Position numbers and translations under genes: made by a program | IMG/VR virus record: IMGVR_UViG_3300031452_000163 | Length of the DNA: 64,000 nt | Origin: a virus | Reading direction: 5' to 3' (one strand) | Part shown: positions 36,872 through 46,364 of the stretch, piece after piece | Numbering within the stretch: the stretch's first letter is position 1 | Layout of the letters: every line of letters starts with the position of its first letter | The notes under the pieces: model-generated | Databases searched by the model: none | The model's input: the letters and a program-made list of their open reading frames with translations, nothing else | What the model was told of the DNA's origin: nothing

Positions 36872-36948
36872 TTCCGTATACGCATACTATCAAATGTATA
36901 CATTTTCATCAAACATATACATTTTGCACGTTCGTATACTAAATGCAG
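36872..36948. repeat. four phased RTATAC repeats (19-20 bp period) in an AT-rich island
   Basis: Cores at 36876, 36896, 36915, 36934; palindrome AAATGTATACATTT at 36892-36905. Confidence 0.65.
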
Positions 36949-38387
36949 CTAAGCATCAATCAGGACTGCCTGATTGGGACGAAGCACCACAGTTCCGTAT
37001 AAAATATCTAGATTTACGCCGATGCCCACCGCGTTTATGTCGTATTGTGCCGAAACACGTAATGCCAGCCCAGAAGCTCCATCCATGGCCGTCGCGCTCC
37101 TCACTCCGAAACCATCGGGAATGGCGGTGAACGGTCGCGAGGCGAACAGGAGGGCATTCTTCTGAAAGGCCAAGTTCTTCTGCGCGATGGCAGTCGTTAA
37201 TCCGCCGCCAGTCAACGCGACGACTACTGTGGAGGTAACTGCCTGACCAGCCGCGGCCCCGGTGAGGACCACGGAGTAGGTACCACCAGCAGCGGGGCCA
37301 GAGGCGTAGCCGTTGCCGACACCCACCGTTGAGAGACCCTGTACGGCGGCCTGCACGGCGGCGGGAGTGGAGTTGTAGGCCAACGCGGCAGTGGTCTGAT
37401 TACCAACGGTAATCGAGAAGCTACCGGCGGTAGCCCCGCCGACGCTGATAGTGACACCCATCGGGGCCAGCTGCGACATGTAAGCATTGAGGCCAAAAAG
37501 TTCGCCAAAACCTCCGGTCTTGATGTTGTCCGGCTGCGAAAATGCGAAGTACGTCGCCAGCGCGCTATCGCTCAAGATGCCGCCCTTGTCCTTCGGAGAG
37601 AAGACCAGGGAACGGTCATTCATGGGGGCCTTGGCCACGTCGAGTGCGGTCATGGCCCGTCGGGCGGTCAGCGAGGTCAGGTCGGTACCTGGGGTGCCGA
37701 GAGGTGCAGTGGTACCAGCACTCATGGCGGTAGCCCACAGATCCATTTCGACCTGCTCGACCAGCGCAATCGCAGCCGGCTCCACGTACACGTCCATTAG
37801 TTCGGTGTTGACCTGCGCTCGTGCAAAGTCTTCAACTTCGAATGGAACGATTTGGTGACGGTTGCATTCTGTTACACACCGGCTCTTTATCCGGTGCTCT
37901 CCTCGTTTCCAAGGAGAATCGGACTATCTAATATTCCATGCATCTGCACGGAACCCACGCGCTCGTGCGGCTTCGTCGCCCGTTCTGGGCTGTATGCCGT
38001 AGTCTCTACGCCTGCCGCTCATTCCTGAACGGATTGGCACGGGATTACCCACGAAGGGCTTCCCCGTTTCACGTGGTTTTCATCGAATCGTTACCGATTC
38101 GCGCCCCCAACGTTATCAAGGGTGAGCGGTACAGACGCGCCATTGAGCGGCGTCTGACGAGTGACTGGTGTGTTCGTGACTTTACTCTGCGCCACGAATG
38201 TGCCCGGATAAGGGATGTTGAGTGTTTTGCCGCGAGAGAAGTTCGGCCCACCATTGGTGAAGTCCGAATCCCGCGCGACGAGGTTGAGCAGGACGATCTT
38301 TGAGCGGAGCACATCGAGTGCTCGGTTGGCCCAAAATTGAGGCACAAAGCCGCTGGCATCAGCCGCGGCCAAATTGATATTTGCCAT
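36949..38387 (-). CDS. major capsid protein (P22 coat-like), spliced: join(38387..38119, 37864..36949), 394 aa
   Basis: Splicing restores ..VPLTLNRHQIVPFEVEDFARAQ..; N-terminal FVPQFWANRAL..GKTLNIP capsid motif. Confidence 0.9.
37865..38118 (-). ncRNA. group I self-splicing intron (254 nt, no ORF)
   Basis: Exon ends in U, intron ends in G; P1 CCCU/GGGG, P10 GUUG/CAAC; P, Q, R (GUAGAGACUA) and S (UAGAUAGUCC) elements; P7 GACUA/UAGUC; P9 with GAAA loop. Confidence 0.92.
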
Positions 38388-38443
38388 CTTGTTATTCCTG
38401 GCGTATGTGTTATTGTACTACTTCAGGTGGAAGTAGGTGGTGG

Positions 38444-39184
38444 TTATGCGGTAATTCGCCCTTCCTTAACGGCCAGGGTGATGTCCTTTTTATTGGCGAG
38501 ATAGAACTGGTAATCGCCCATCTCGGCAACGGAGTAGGTTCGCGATCCGGGTGCTGGGGTATGGGTAGACGGATTGGTAGTAGCGGCTGATCGTGCTTGC
38601 CGCTCGGCTTTCGGTGTCTCCTGGGCAGCCTTCAGCCAGGGCTTGGCTTCAACCAGCTCGTTTAGTGCCGCTTCGACGTTTTGCGGTTTGCCGTCGGCGG
38701 CATAGTCAATGAAGCCCCAGTCCAGCAGCTTGACTGCGGCTTCGGGGTCGACCAGTCCGAGCTTAGCCGCGTGCAATTGCACCTCGTATCGGTTAGTCCG
38801 GTCCTGGTGGTCATGTCGCACGCGGATCAGTTCGGCGTCACGTTCGGCCAGCTGTTTCGACAGGCGCTCCTGCTCGGAGAGTTTGGCCATCTCGGCTTCT
38901 TTTTCGCGAGTTTCAAACTCCTGGATGCGTTTCTGCTGGTCGCGGTTCGAACGCTCCAAGTCCTTGGCCTGCTTCTCGTAGCCGCGCATGTTGGCGATGG
39001 TCTTCATGGCGCGGTCACGGTCGAAGGGCTCTTCGTCGGACTGCTGGTTCTTTGGCGCTTCGTTCTCTCGAGGTGCCGTATGCTCGCGCGTGGTCGGCTG
39101 GGGTGTCGTGGTTGTCTTTACCATCGTTTCGGTATCGGTTGTGGTTTCTTCGGACGCCTGGTCCTTGATCTCGTCGTCAGCCAT
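38444..39184 (-). CDS. capsid scaffolding protein
   Basis: Coiled coil, MAKLSEQERL, AAKLGLVDPEAA..LVEAKPWL; located between MuF and MCP. Confidence 0.85.
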   Translation of the reverse strand: MADDEIKDQASEETTTDTETMVKTTTTPQPTTREHTAPRENEAPKNQQSDEEPFDRDRAMKTIANMRGYEKQAKDLERSNRDQQKRIQEFETREKEAEMAKLSEQERLSKQLAERDAELIRVRHDHQDRTNRYEVQLHAAKLGLVDPEAAVKLLDWGFIDYAADGKPQNVEAALNELVEAKPWLKAAQETPKAERQARSAATTNPSTHTPAPGSRTYSVAEMGDYQFYLANKKDITLAVKEGRITA

Positions 39185-39224
39185 GTCAACCTCCTGGGTT
39201 GATCGGTAATAGGTTTAAGGCAAT

Positions 39225-39252
39225 AAAAAACGCGCCCGTCTCAGGCGCGTTG
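39225..39252 (-). terminator. intrinsic terminator
   Basis: AACGCGCC..GGCGCGTT followed by T6. Confidence 0.7.
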
Positions 39253-39274
39253 ATGGATTGTTGAAGATTCGTTG

Positions 39275-40207
39275 TTAGACGGGATGCAACTCGCAATCAC
39301 AACCCAAATGGCAGGATGGTGCGCTCCCCGCAATACCGATTAAGGTATCTAGTGGCGCCGGGCTCGCGTCTTCTGCTGCCTGGCAATCATCGTATTTCCA
39401 TTCGGTATTACGTATCCATTCCCACTGCACGGCGTCGGCCATGGATACACCTGGTGTGGCACTCTCGACTGATTGGTAGGTGTCAATCAACGCCGCGTGA
39501 ACCGTGGTGGAATCCATGAATGGCCCCAGTGTCCCGGCGTGGTAGTCATGGATGGATTGCTTCAACGCTTCATGTGCCGCTGCTCGTTCCTGGTTGGTTG
39601 CCGCACCCTCTAAGTCGGACAGCGCATCTCGTACCGGCTTGGGTAAACTGTTGGTCGCTGCGACACATTCAGCGGTACTCGACCCGGAAGACAGTGCTGT
39701 CTTCAGTTGCGCAATCCGAGCATTGATACCCGCCTGAATCAACTGGGCACGATCCGCCACAAAGGTATGCAGTGTTGCCAGCGCGTCACTCGACATGCTG
39801 AACAATCCACTCTGACTCAGTGCCGCGCGTGCTTCGGAGGTTCGACCGAGGTAGACCAGCAACAGCGCCGCCAGGAGTGCGGCTTGCAGTGCGTCACGAT
39901 GCTGGTCGGACACGCCCGGCTGATCTCCGGCAAACGCGGCATCGGTGACGGTGGTCAGTGCTCCCGCCATTTGCGCCCGTCCCTGGGCCATCTGGTGATT
40001 CTGCCAGGCCGAGGGTAGGGCGAGGTGGTGCGAGGTGGCCAGTGCAATCGCCTGCTCTTTTACCGCGTCTGGCGTGCCCGGTTTGGAGAGTACCCGGTAA
40101 GCAGCGTCGAGTTCGGCTTGAGTCCGAACTGGCAGCCAGCGATGGGCCGGGTCGGCAAACTGATTGCTAGGGATAGCCTGCTGTCGCTTCAGGGAGGGCG
40201 ACAGCAC
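39275..40207 (-). CDS. MuF-like minor head protein with an extra N-terminal domain
   Basis: C-terminal WEW..C..PSCHLGCDCEL; N-terminal FADPAHRWLP module. Confidence 0.65.
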   Translation of the reverse strand: MLSPSLKRQQAIPSNQFADPAHRWLPVRTQAELDAAYRVLSKPGTPDAVKEQAIALATSHHLALPSAWQNHQMAQGRAQMAGALTTVTDAAFAGDQPGVSDQHRDALQAALLAALLLVYLGRTSEARAALSQSGLFSMSSDALATLHTFVADRAQLIQAGINARIAQLKTALSSGSSTAECVAATNSLPKPVRDALSDLEGAATNQERAAAHEALKQSIHDYHAGTLGPFMDSTTVHAALIDTYQSVESATPGVSMADAVQWEWIRNTEWKYDDCQAAEDASPAPLDTLIGIAGSAPSCHLGCDCELHPV

Positions 40208-40220
40208 GGTTGTTCCTGTC

Positions 40221-40382
40221 TCATGATTGTGCCTTCTGAGCGAAGTAAGCTACGACGATAATCCCAATGCCAATGAGCGTAGGGATGTCATAGGCAAGTT
40301 GTGATCGGGGTAAAACAAACGTGGCCAGCACTCCAAGCAACAGGAAGGCGTATCCGAAAAATACGCACCACACCCCTCTCAC
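40221..40382 (-). CDS. 53-aa two-TM peptide
   Basis: GTGA coupling; MRGVWCVFFGYAFLLLGVLATFVL..LIGIGIIVVAYFA (not in the ORF track). Confidence 0.55.
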   Translation of the reverse strand: MRGVWCVFFGYAFLLLGVLATFVLPRSQLAYDIPTLIGIGIIVVAYFAQKAQS

Positions 40383-40603
40383 GATTGCGGCTCTCCTCCG
40401 GTTAGTCCTTCGCGATGCGCCATGCTCGCGGCAATCGCGTCCGCCATGGCCAGGGTTCGTGTGGCGCTTACCGATTCAGCACGTGCCGTAGCGAGCCGAA
40501 TACTCGCCGCTTCATGCTCCATCCGTGCCGCCTCGTACCGCAGTCGGGTAATAGCCCGTTCGTCGATGTTCGTGCCGATATTCATGGTCTCTGCCATAGG
40601 CAT
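40379..40603 (-). CDS. hypothetical protein
   Basis: AGGGAG SD; coupled to the downstream gene. Confidence 0.5.
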   Translation of the reverse strand: MPMAETMNIGTNIDERAITRLRYEAARMEHEAASIRLATARAESVSATRTLAMADAIAASMAHREGLTGGEPQS

Positions 40604-40606
40604 TCT

Positions 40607-40798
40607 CTAGCTCCCTTCTGGCCAGCATGAAATTCTTTTGCCAACTTCAAATTCCTGCATCTGGTAGACGCGTCCTAGCCACATTTTTCAGATGCAGAAG
40701 ATCGTCCTACCACCCTGGTTTCCCCTCGCACTTCGATCAACAACGGCGAAATAGGTGAGCGGGAAGAGTTGTTTGACATACCACTGTAGTTTTTGCAC
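40607..40798 (-). pseudogene. small phage gene interrupted by an in-frame TGA
   Basis: AAGGAGG SD + GTG; MQKLQWYVKQLFPLTY..IFCI*KMWLGRVY; the stop sits where Trp is expected. Confidence 0.5.
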
Positions 40799-40837
40799 GG
40801 TGAGCGCCTCCTTGATTATTTTAGCCATTAATAATTT

Positions 40838-41041
40838 CTAGATATGGATACTTGTTCCGGTTCGGGATGATAGCTCCTCCAGAAGTAGCTTACCTACATC
40901 GAGTCGGTCCAACGTCTGGCATAAATCCGCCACAACATCCGGGCTGTGACCTGCGGCAATTTGTCTGAGTGTTATCGCGATGGATCGATCCACGTTGTCT
41001 AGCGCCTGCGCACAGAGTTTCTTGTCAACCATATCCCTCAT
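40838..41041 (-). CDS. hypothetical protein
   Basis: Coupled to the portal stop codon. Confidence 0.5.
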   Translation of the reverse strand: MRDMVDKKLCAQALDNVDRSIAITLRQIAAGHSPDVVADLCQTLDRLDVGKLLLEELSSRTGTSIHI

Positions 41042-42432
41042 GGCGTAACCGGTACGCTCTTAGCGACGTTCGGCAATGGCCCTAACAACGGCGCAGGTGG
41101 TAGCGCACCCAATCCCTGTTCATCTGGCGGTAGGGCTAAACCCGCCGCTACTGCCTCGTCATGCTCCACGATAATCTGGGCCTGCTCTTTGTCGTAGTCG
41201 TAGCCCAGACGGGCGGCAATGGTCTGCTTGGACACAACCCCCAGCGACTCGTCGAGGATGAGGGCTTGCCGTTCGCTCATGGGATCAGCAGGCATCACTT
41301 CCGGCCAGTGCAAGGCCGTGCCGATGGCGTCGCCGAATCCGCCCATGGCGAATAAACAGCGGTCAATCTCGATCAGCAAATCACCGTAGCCGGTGCGTTT
41401 ACTCTCGGTCTTCTCCAGCAATGGTTGATAGCGAATCTGGAGCGCCACGCCGGACAGTGCGCCCATCTGATCCGGCTGCCCCAGTGCCACGAGCGGGATG
41501 CGAACCATCATGGCCAGGATGTCGAGCAGCTTTTCCAGGAGCGCCATGGTACTGCCGAGGTCGCTCTGCATCTCCAAGGCGTGGAGTTCAGCGGTGTCAG
41601 ATGGCAGGTGAATCACTGCGTCAATGGAGGCGTCAATGGACCGACTGCCCATGCCACGGGTCCAGAGTTTCGGATGCGCGTACAGGCGGATAATACGATT
41701 GTAGTTCGAGGCCACGCGGGTGATGGCGTCCATCACGTGCCGTACATCGCCGGGTAGGTCAGACTCACCCCAAAAATCATTCGCTCGGGGTAGATTCTGA
41801 CAACCCAATACCGGCGGGAACTCATACGGCCATGGCGTGGTCACGGTATCGACCCAGGCGCCGCCATGGAGTTCCTGATCGTGAACAATCCACTCCAGTG
41901 GTCCATCGACCAGGTAGCCAGCTGCTCCACTCGGGGTCTGCATCAACGTACGATGTTGCACAGATGCCTCGCCATTTGCCAGTGGTGCATTTAGCGGCGG
42001 CGTGATGGCGTACGCCCAGATATCCTCGATGTCGTCCGGGTTGGTGGTCACATCCACCGTCTGCGGATCGAGAATCACCACTCGTGGGTAGGGATCGTTT
42101 TCGACCAATCGCACGAAGGCATGACCACAAATACCGCCGTTGGTGGCGAGTTTTTGCAGGGTTGGCGCGCGTTTATTCCGTCTCCAACATTCATCGAGCC
42201 ATATCTGTTTCGGCTCGGGCTCGGCACTGGTCACCTGTGAGACAACTGGGCGGCCAAACAGGAATGAAACGCCCTTATCGACCACTACTCGCGCCAGAGA
42301 GATGATGAGATTGTCGTCGACACCGGCGCGTTGTGACCGGAAGGGCACGGATGATGCGCCCAGATAGGCGCGGTATGCCTGCTGCATGGATTGGACGCGC
42401 TCAGAGGTAACCGGCGATAGCAGTGTAGCCAA
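41038..42432 (-). CDS. portal protein (SPP1 gp6-like)
   Basis: NLIISLARVVVDKGVSFLFG..FWGESDL..SGVALQIRYQPL..VSKQT. Confidence 0.92.
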   Translation of the reverse strand: MATLLSPVTSERVQSMQQAYRAYLGASSVPFRSQRAGVDDNLIISLARVVVDKGVSFLFGRPVVSQVTSAEPEPKQIWLDECWRRNKRAPTLQKLATNGGICGHAFVRLVENDPYPRVVILDPQTVDVTTNPDDIEDIWAYAITPPLNAPLANGEASVQHRTLMQTPSGAAGYLVDGPLEWIVHDQELHGGAWVDTVTTPWPYEFPPVLGCQNLPRANDFWGESDLPGDVRHVMDAITRVASNYNRIIRLYAHPKLWTRGMGSRSIDASIDAVIHLPSDTAELHALEMQSDLGSTMALLEKLLDILAMMVRIPLVALGQPDQMGALSGVALQIRYQPLLEKTESKRTGYGDLLIEIDRCLFAMGGFGDAIGTALHWPEVMPADPMSERQALILDESLGVVSKQTIAARLGYDYDKEQAQIIVEHDEAVAAGLALPPDEQGLGALPPAPLLGPLPNVAKSVPVTP

Positions 42433-42478
42433 GGGGACTCCTCAGAAGCGCGAGAATCAGCAGAGAGCCGGGATAAAT

Positions 42479-43159
42479 CTAGAGATTGGCGCTAGGCAGC
42501 GCATCAGGACTCACGTCATAGCGCACAGCGGCATACTCGCAACTGCACGCTAATGCCAGTGCCCGAAACAGCATCCCACTGGTATCACCGGCGTGGAGTG
42601 CGTCACGTATCCCATCCATAGCCGGAGTTGCCGGGTAGTGTAAACGGCCACCCTGCAGGATTGCCTGCAGCCGGCTCACCAGATAGGTGATGCCCACCTT
42701 CGACTCACTCCGCCAGAGTAACGAGGTATCGCCAGCATCGCCAGCGCTCACGATCACAGCAGACACCGCCGCCTGCGGGATCACGCTGTCACGGATTGCG
42801 TCAACCACCGGGCGTCCCACGTCAGAGGCATCAACCAGAACATGGTAGTCACCACGGCTGTCGGCATTGTAGAGACGGCGCGCCAGCGTATTCACACGTG
42901 CCGCCACGCCGGGATAGGCCAGCCCAGGCAGCAGCAGCTCGCTACCGAGCACGGTGTAATGGGTCTCGTAGATGGTCGCCTCGCCAAAGAGCGGATCACC
43001 AGCATGGATGATGCGTGGCTCGAAGCGAATGGCACACAACGTCGGAGCAACCTGCGCGCTACTCACCACGACGCCTAGTACGGTGGTCTGCGGTAAGCGG
43101 CCAGTGAGTCGAGCAAATCCTTGAGGTGTGGTAGGCAGGTCATCGAGCAATGTGGTCAA
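42479..43159 (-). CDS. stand-alone terminase RNase-H-like nuclease-domain paralogue, catalytically degenerate
   Basis: LGVVV, LPGLAYPGVAARV, LVDASDVGRPVVD, YLVSRLQAILQGGRL, FRALALA. Confidence 0.65.
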   Translation of the reverse strand: MTTLLDDLPTTPQGFARLTGRLPQTTVLGVVVSSAQVAPTLCAIRFEPRIIHAGDPLFGEATIYETHYTVLGSELLLPGLAYPGVAARVNTLARRLYNADSRGDYHVLVDASDVGRPVVDAIRDSVIPQAAVSAVIVSAGDAGDTSLLWRSESKVGITYLVSRLQAILQGGRLHYPATPAMDGIRDALHAGDTSGMLFRALALACSCEYAAVRYDVSPDALPSANL

Positions 43160-44724
43160 GGATCGAATAACCCCGCTGGTACAGCCAGGTCATAGTCGGC
43201 GGCGGCGGCAATATCCGCCGCGCGGAAGGCGTGAATATCGCCAAAGAGACGCGAGAGTGCTAACGATGAATTATCCACCTGATCGTCATGCGCCCCATTG
43301 GGGAAGGCTGTATGCTCTTCAATCCAATCATTAACCCACGGCGCTGATTCGGGCAGTGCCACGCGACCGGATTCGATGTACGGCGTGACGGCGGTGAACC
43401 GGGAAACCTTGCTCTCACTGCCAACACTCACCGCAATCACCGGTATGAACGTTTCGCGTTGGAGTGTTTGAATCAGCGATTGACCCGACGCCGCCTTTTC
43501 CACCAGTACCGCGCTGGGCTGCCACTTGGCAAACTGGTCCTTTGCCACCCGAACTAATTCGGGGAACTCTATGCGCTGCCGGTAAACATCCAGCACATAG
43601 GCGCGGTTCTGAGAGAGCGCCCAAGTGGAGCACACACTGTAGTCGGCGGTTTGATTGGCCTGGAATGCGGTATCCCAGACCTGGATAATTTGCGATGCCT
43701 GCGAACGGTCAAATGCCCCATATCGCTGCCACCATTCCCGTTTGACGATGCCACCCTCGGTGGCCTGCACTTCCTGCTGCGACTCGCTGAGGAAGGCACG
43801 TAGGCCGTAGGTGTCTATCGCATGCTGGCAGGCATCCAGGCCCTGCCCGGCCCACAATGGCGTCCCGGCAATGATCACCGAGCGCCCATCACACCGTTCA
43901 GTGACCAACCCCTGCACAGCCGGAAACGGGCCGGAGACAATGCGCCCAACCAGGAAGTCGGCGGTGTTGGAAGAACGGCCGGCCAGACGGCTGAAGATGG
44001 AATCGGGATGGATGAGATTCTGCACGGCCAGCACGGCCAGATCGGTTGATCCGGCGGGGAGCAGCGATTGAGTCAGCGTAGCAATTTTGCGTTCGGTGGC
44101 ACGCTGCGAATCATGCACGTTATCCACATCATCAATAACGATGAAGTCTGGCCGGTCATCGGCCATTTTGATGCCACGTGCCGCTGTATCCAGTCCCACT
44201 GAGTCAAGCGTGAAGCCGGCTCCGGTGCTCAGTCGGTTGCGTCGCCAGCCCCGTGATGCGCCGTATTTGCCAATGTTCCGTGCGCCCAGTGACGGGTAGT
44301 GCCGACTGAGTGCGTCTGACTCCAGCAGAGCGGCAACCGACAGCACATGTTTGTCTGCTAAGTCCTGTGTCTCGGATATGTACAGCCCATAGCGTCGCAC
44401 CCGACGAGCACCAACCGCCACACAGGCCAACTCCGCCGAACTCGATTTTGCTCCACCCCTGGGCCATATCGCTACCAGCGGAGGCGGTCCCACGCCGCCT
44501 TTAATCTTCCACACCCATTCCCAAAATGCCTCATGATGTGGGCCGAAGCCGGCGGTGACGTTGCGCGGAAAAAGCGTGGTGAGCCACAAGCGCCAGTCCG
44601 ACTCAAACAGCGGAGCGGGGTCATGTGCGTGGGGATCATCACTCGGATTGCCGGAGACCTGGGCGAGTATATGCCCCCATTGGGCTACGCTGTCGAAGGG
44701 CGCTGGTAATGGCATCGTGTACAT
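43156..44724 (-). CDS. terL: terminase large subunit
   Basis: WPRGGAKSS Walker A, FIVIDD Walker B, QVWDTA and AHDDQVD nuclease motifs. Confidence 0.95.
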   Translation of the reverse strand: MYTMPLPAPFDSVAQWGHILAQVSGNPSDDPHAHDPAPLFESDWRLWLTTLFPRNVTAGFGPHHEAFWEWVWKIKGGVGPPPLVAIWPRGGAKSSSAELACVAVGARRVRRYGLYISETQDLADKHVLSVAALLESDALSRHYPSLGARNIGKYGASRGWRRNRLSTGAGFTLDSVGLDTAARGIKMADDRPDFIVIDDVDNVHDSQRATERKIATLTQSLLPAGSTDLAVLAVQNLIHPDSIFSRLAGRSSNTADFLVGRIVSGPFPAVQGLVTERCDGRSVIIAGTPLWAGQGLDACQHAIDTYGLRAFLSESQQEVQATEGGIVKREWWQRYGAFDRSQASQIIQVWDTAFQANQTADYSVCSTWALSQNRAYVLDVYRQRIEFPELVRVAKDQFAKWQPSAVLVEKAASGQSLIQTLQRETFIPVIAVSVGSESKVSRFTAVTPYIESGRVALPESAPWVNDWIEEHTAFPNGAHDDQVDNSSLALSRLFGDIHAFRAADIAAAADYDLAVPAGLFDP

Positions 44725-45364
44725 CGGGCGCCGCCTCCGCTATCGTCCGTAACAACGCCGTCTGAAATGCTTCCATCTCCTGCGCGTTATACAACTTGTC
44801 CAACACGGACAGGAGCAACGTCATTTGGCCCTTGATGCTGTCTGATGCTTTGAGCAGCAGCTCTCGCGGGTCGGCGTGTTTGGTTTCCACGTGATCGACA
44901 ATCCAGCCCGCGCCCTCTATCTCTCCAATAATCTCCGAGAGGCGACGCTTCCGGCGGATTGGTCTGCCATCCTCACCGGGGCTATGGTAAATGACGGAAA
45001 TGTCCCCGGCGCGTGGATCAATGCTGTATCGGGTCAAATCCTCCGGGTCACGGAGCCAGCGATCCAGGGCGTCAGAGAGCAGATTGGCGCGTTCGACCTG
45101 GCGTGTTAGCTGCTGGAGAAGATCGAGCGCATGGATCTGATGATCTTCGTTCTGGCGCGCCAATTCTGTCTGTGCAGTACTATTTTTTTTGGTGCGTTCC
45201 GCCTCAGCCAACAGCTGGGCCAAATGCTCTTTTTTATGCCGTCTAACGCATGTTTCAGTGAGCGAATAATCCGCCGCTATTCGTTGATTCGATTCGCCAT
45301 GAATCAACGATTTGTCTATATCTTTCCGTTTCGGGTGAGTACAAACAGTGCATTGACGAGACAT
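44639..45364 (-). CDS. probable terminase small subunit (N-terminal HTH)
   Basis: CTVCTHP.R..ID..L..GES.Q.IA..Y..RRH..EH; overlaps terL. Confidence 0.7.
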   Translation of the reverse strand: MSRQCTVCTHPKRKDIDKSLIHGESNQRIAADYSLTETCVRRHKKEHLAQLLAEAERTKKNSTAQTELARQNEDHQIHALDLLQQLTRQVERANLLSDALDRWLRDPEDLTRYSIDPRAGDISVIYHSPGEDGRPIRRKRRLSEIIGEIEGAGWIVDHVETKHADPRELLLKASDSIKGQMTLLLSVLDKLYNAQEMEAFQTALLRTIAEAAPDVHDAITSALRQRSPMGAYTRPGLRQSE

Positions 45365-45592
45365 GATCCACCTCAATCGTCACAATCGCACTCATAGCAC
45401 TCATGACCCAGACGATGGACCAGCCACTCGACACAGCGATAGTACCGAAAACACGTCACGGTGAATGGAGTACAGCCAGTAGAGAGACGCAGAAGAGTTA
45501 GCATTTGCAAGCCCTATTCCCGTAGACCACCTCCTGCCGCCTGAAACAGATCGCCAGCGTGGAGCGCCAGAGATGTTTCCACAGCGCACCAT

Positions 45593-45632
45593 AATAAGAC
45601 AGAATAAGACGGAGAATAAGACGGAATAAGAC
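45593..45632. repeat. four AATAAGAC direct repeats spaced 10-12 bp apart
   Basis: Copies at 45593, 45603, 45615, 45625. Confidence 0.8.
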
Positions 45633-45646
45633 GGCGGAGAGATGCG

Positions 45647-45880
45647 ATGATAGACGCTCCCGACCCGACATGGACAACAGAACAATGTCTGGCATGGGCG
45701 GATCTGATAGACCTAAAGGCCGCGGAGTATGCAGCGATACTCCCGATACTGGAAAGCGAAATAGAACGGCGAACGAGAGATCTGGCCGAATTAATAGCGG
45801 GGCTTGAGGCTGTGAAGGCCGCGCTCAATGCATACAACCATCTGTGCCGTACAGCATCAGAGCGGTGTCAACAAAATTGA
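45647..45880 (+). CDS. hypothetical coiled-coil protein (counter-oriented)
   Basis: GGAG SD; amphipathic helix. Confidence 0.5.
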   Translation: MIDAPDPTWTTEQCLAWADLIDLKAAEYAAILPILESEIERRTRDLAELIAGLEAVKAALNAYNHLCRTASERCQQN

Positions 45881-45909
45881 GGAATCGATCAGCCGGGTAG
45901 GACTCGCAC

Positions 45910-46215
45910 CTACGTACCGCTAAAACGGACCCACTCTACGGGCGGTGCGCATTTACCGGTGTTCACCCAACGGGTCACTGGGTGTAGGAACACATGAATA
46001 CGCCCGCGACAGTAGAGAGCCCACCATGAGCCAGGCCATCCGTGTCCCGCGCCCCACTGCGCCACGTCGGTCAGGAAGATGTTGAATGTAGGGGTTCGCA
46101 TGGGTAGCGACTGAACGGGAATACCGTGCTGGTCTCCCCAAAACAAGAGCTCTATCTCAACACGACCGCAGAGATGGACGATAGACCGTGCTAACCACCG
46201 TAACGGATTGCTCAT
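45910..46215 (-). CDS. hypothetical Trp-rich protein
   Basis: GAGGAG SD before ATG 46215. Confidence 0.55.
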   Translation of the reverse strand: MSNPLRWLARSIVHLCGRVEIELLFWGDQHGIPVQSLPMRTPTFNIFLTDVAQWGAGHGWPGSWWALYCRGRIHVFLHPVTRWVNTGKCAPPVEWVRFSGT

Positions 46216-46364
46216 AGATACTCCTCTGAGGAGAAGCGACCCGACAGGCGAAAGGAAACCTGCCGGGCCAGAATGAAAGGCGTCGGGACTAAAACCCGAA
46301 CGGGTGTCAACCGCACCGCCCTTGACAGGGGCGATCCTGGAGAGGACCGCCATTTCACCAAATG

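Noticed and set aside
37487-38359. ORFs overlapping the intron (37487-37858, 37938-38303, 38069-38359) as an intron-encoded endonuclease
   Set aside because: No LAGLIDADG, HNH or GIY-YIG motifs; the 254-nt intron is fully accounted for by ribozyme helices
40688-40690. Genome-wide TGA recoding
   Set aside because: TGA is the functional stop in many ATGA/GTGA coupled overlaps, and long genes have no internal TGA
46230-46345. Hairpin-rich intergenic region as a riboswitch or ribozyme
   Set aside because: Stems are present (CCCGACAGG/CCTGCCGGG, GCCC/GGGC) but no conserved aptamer or catalytic core I can match
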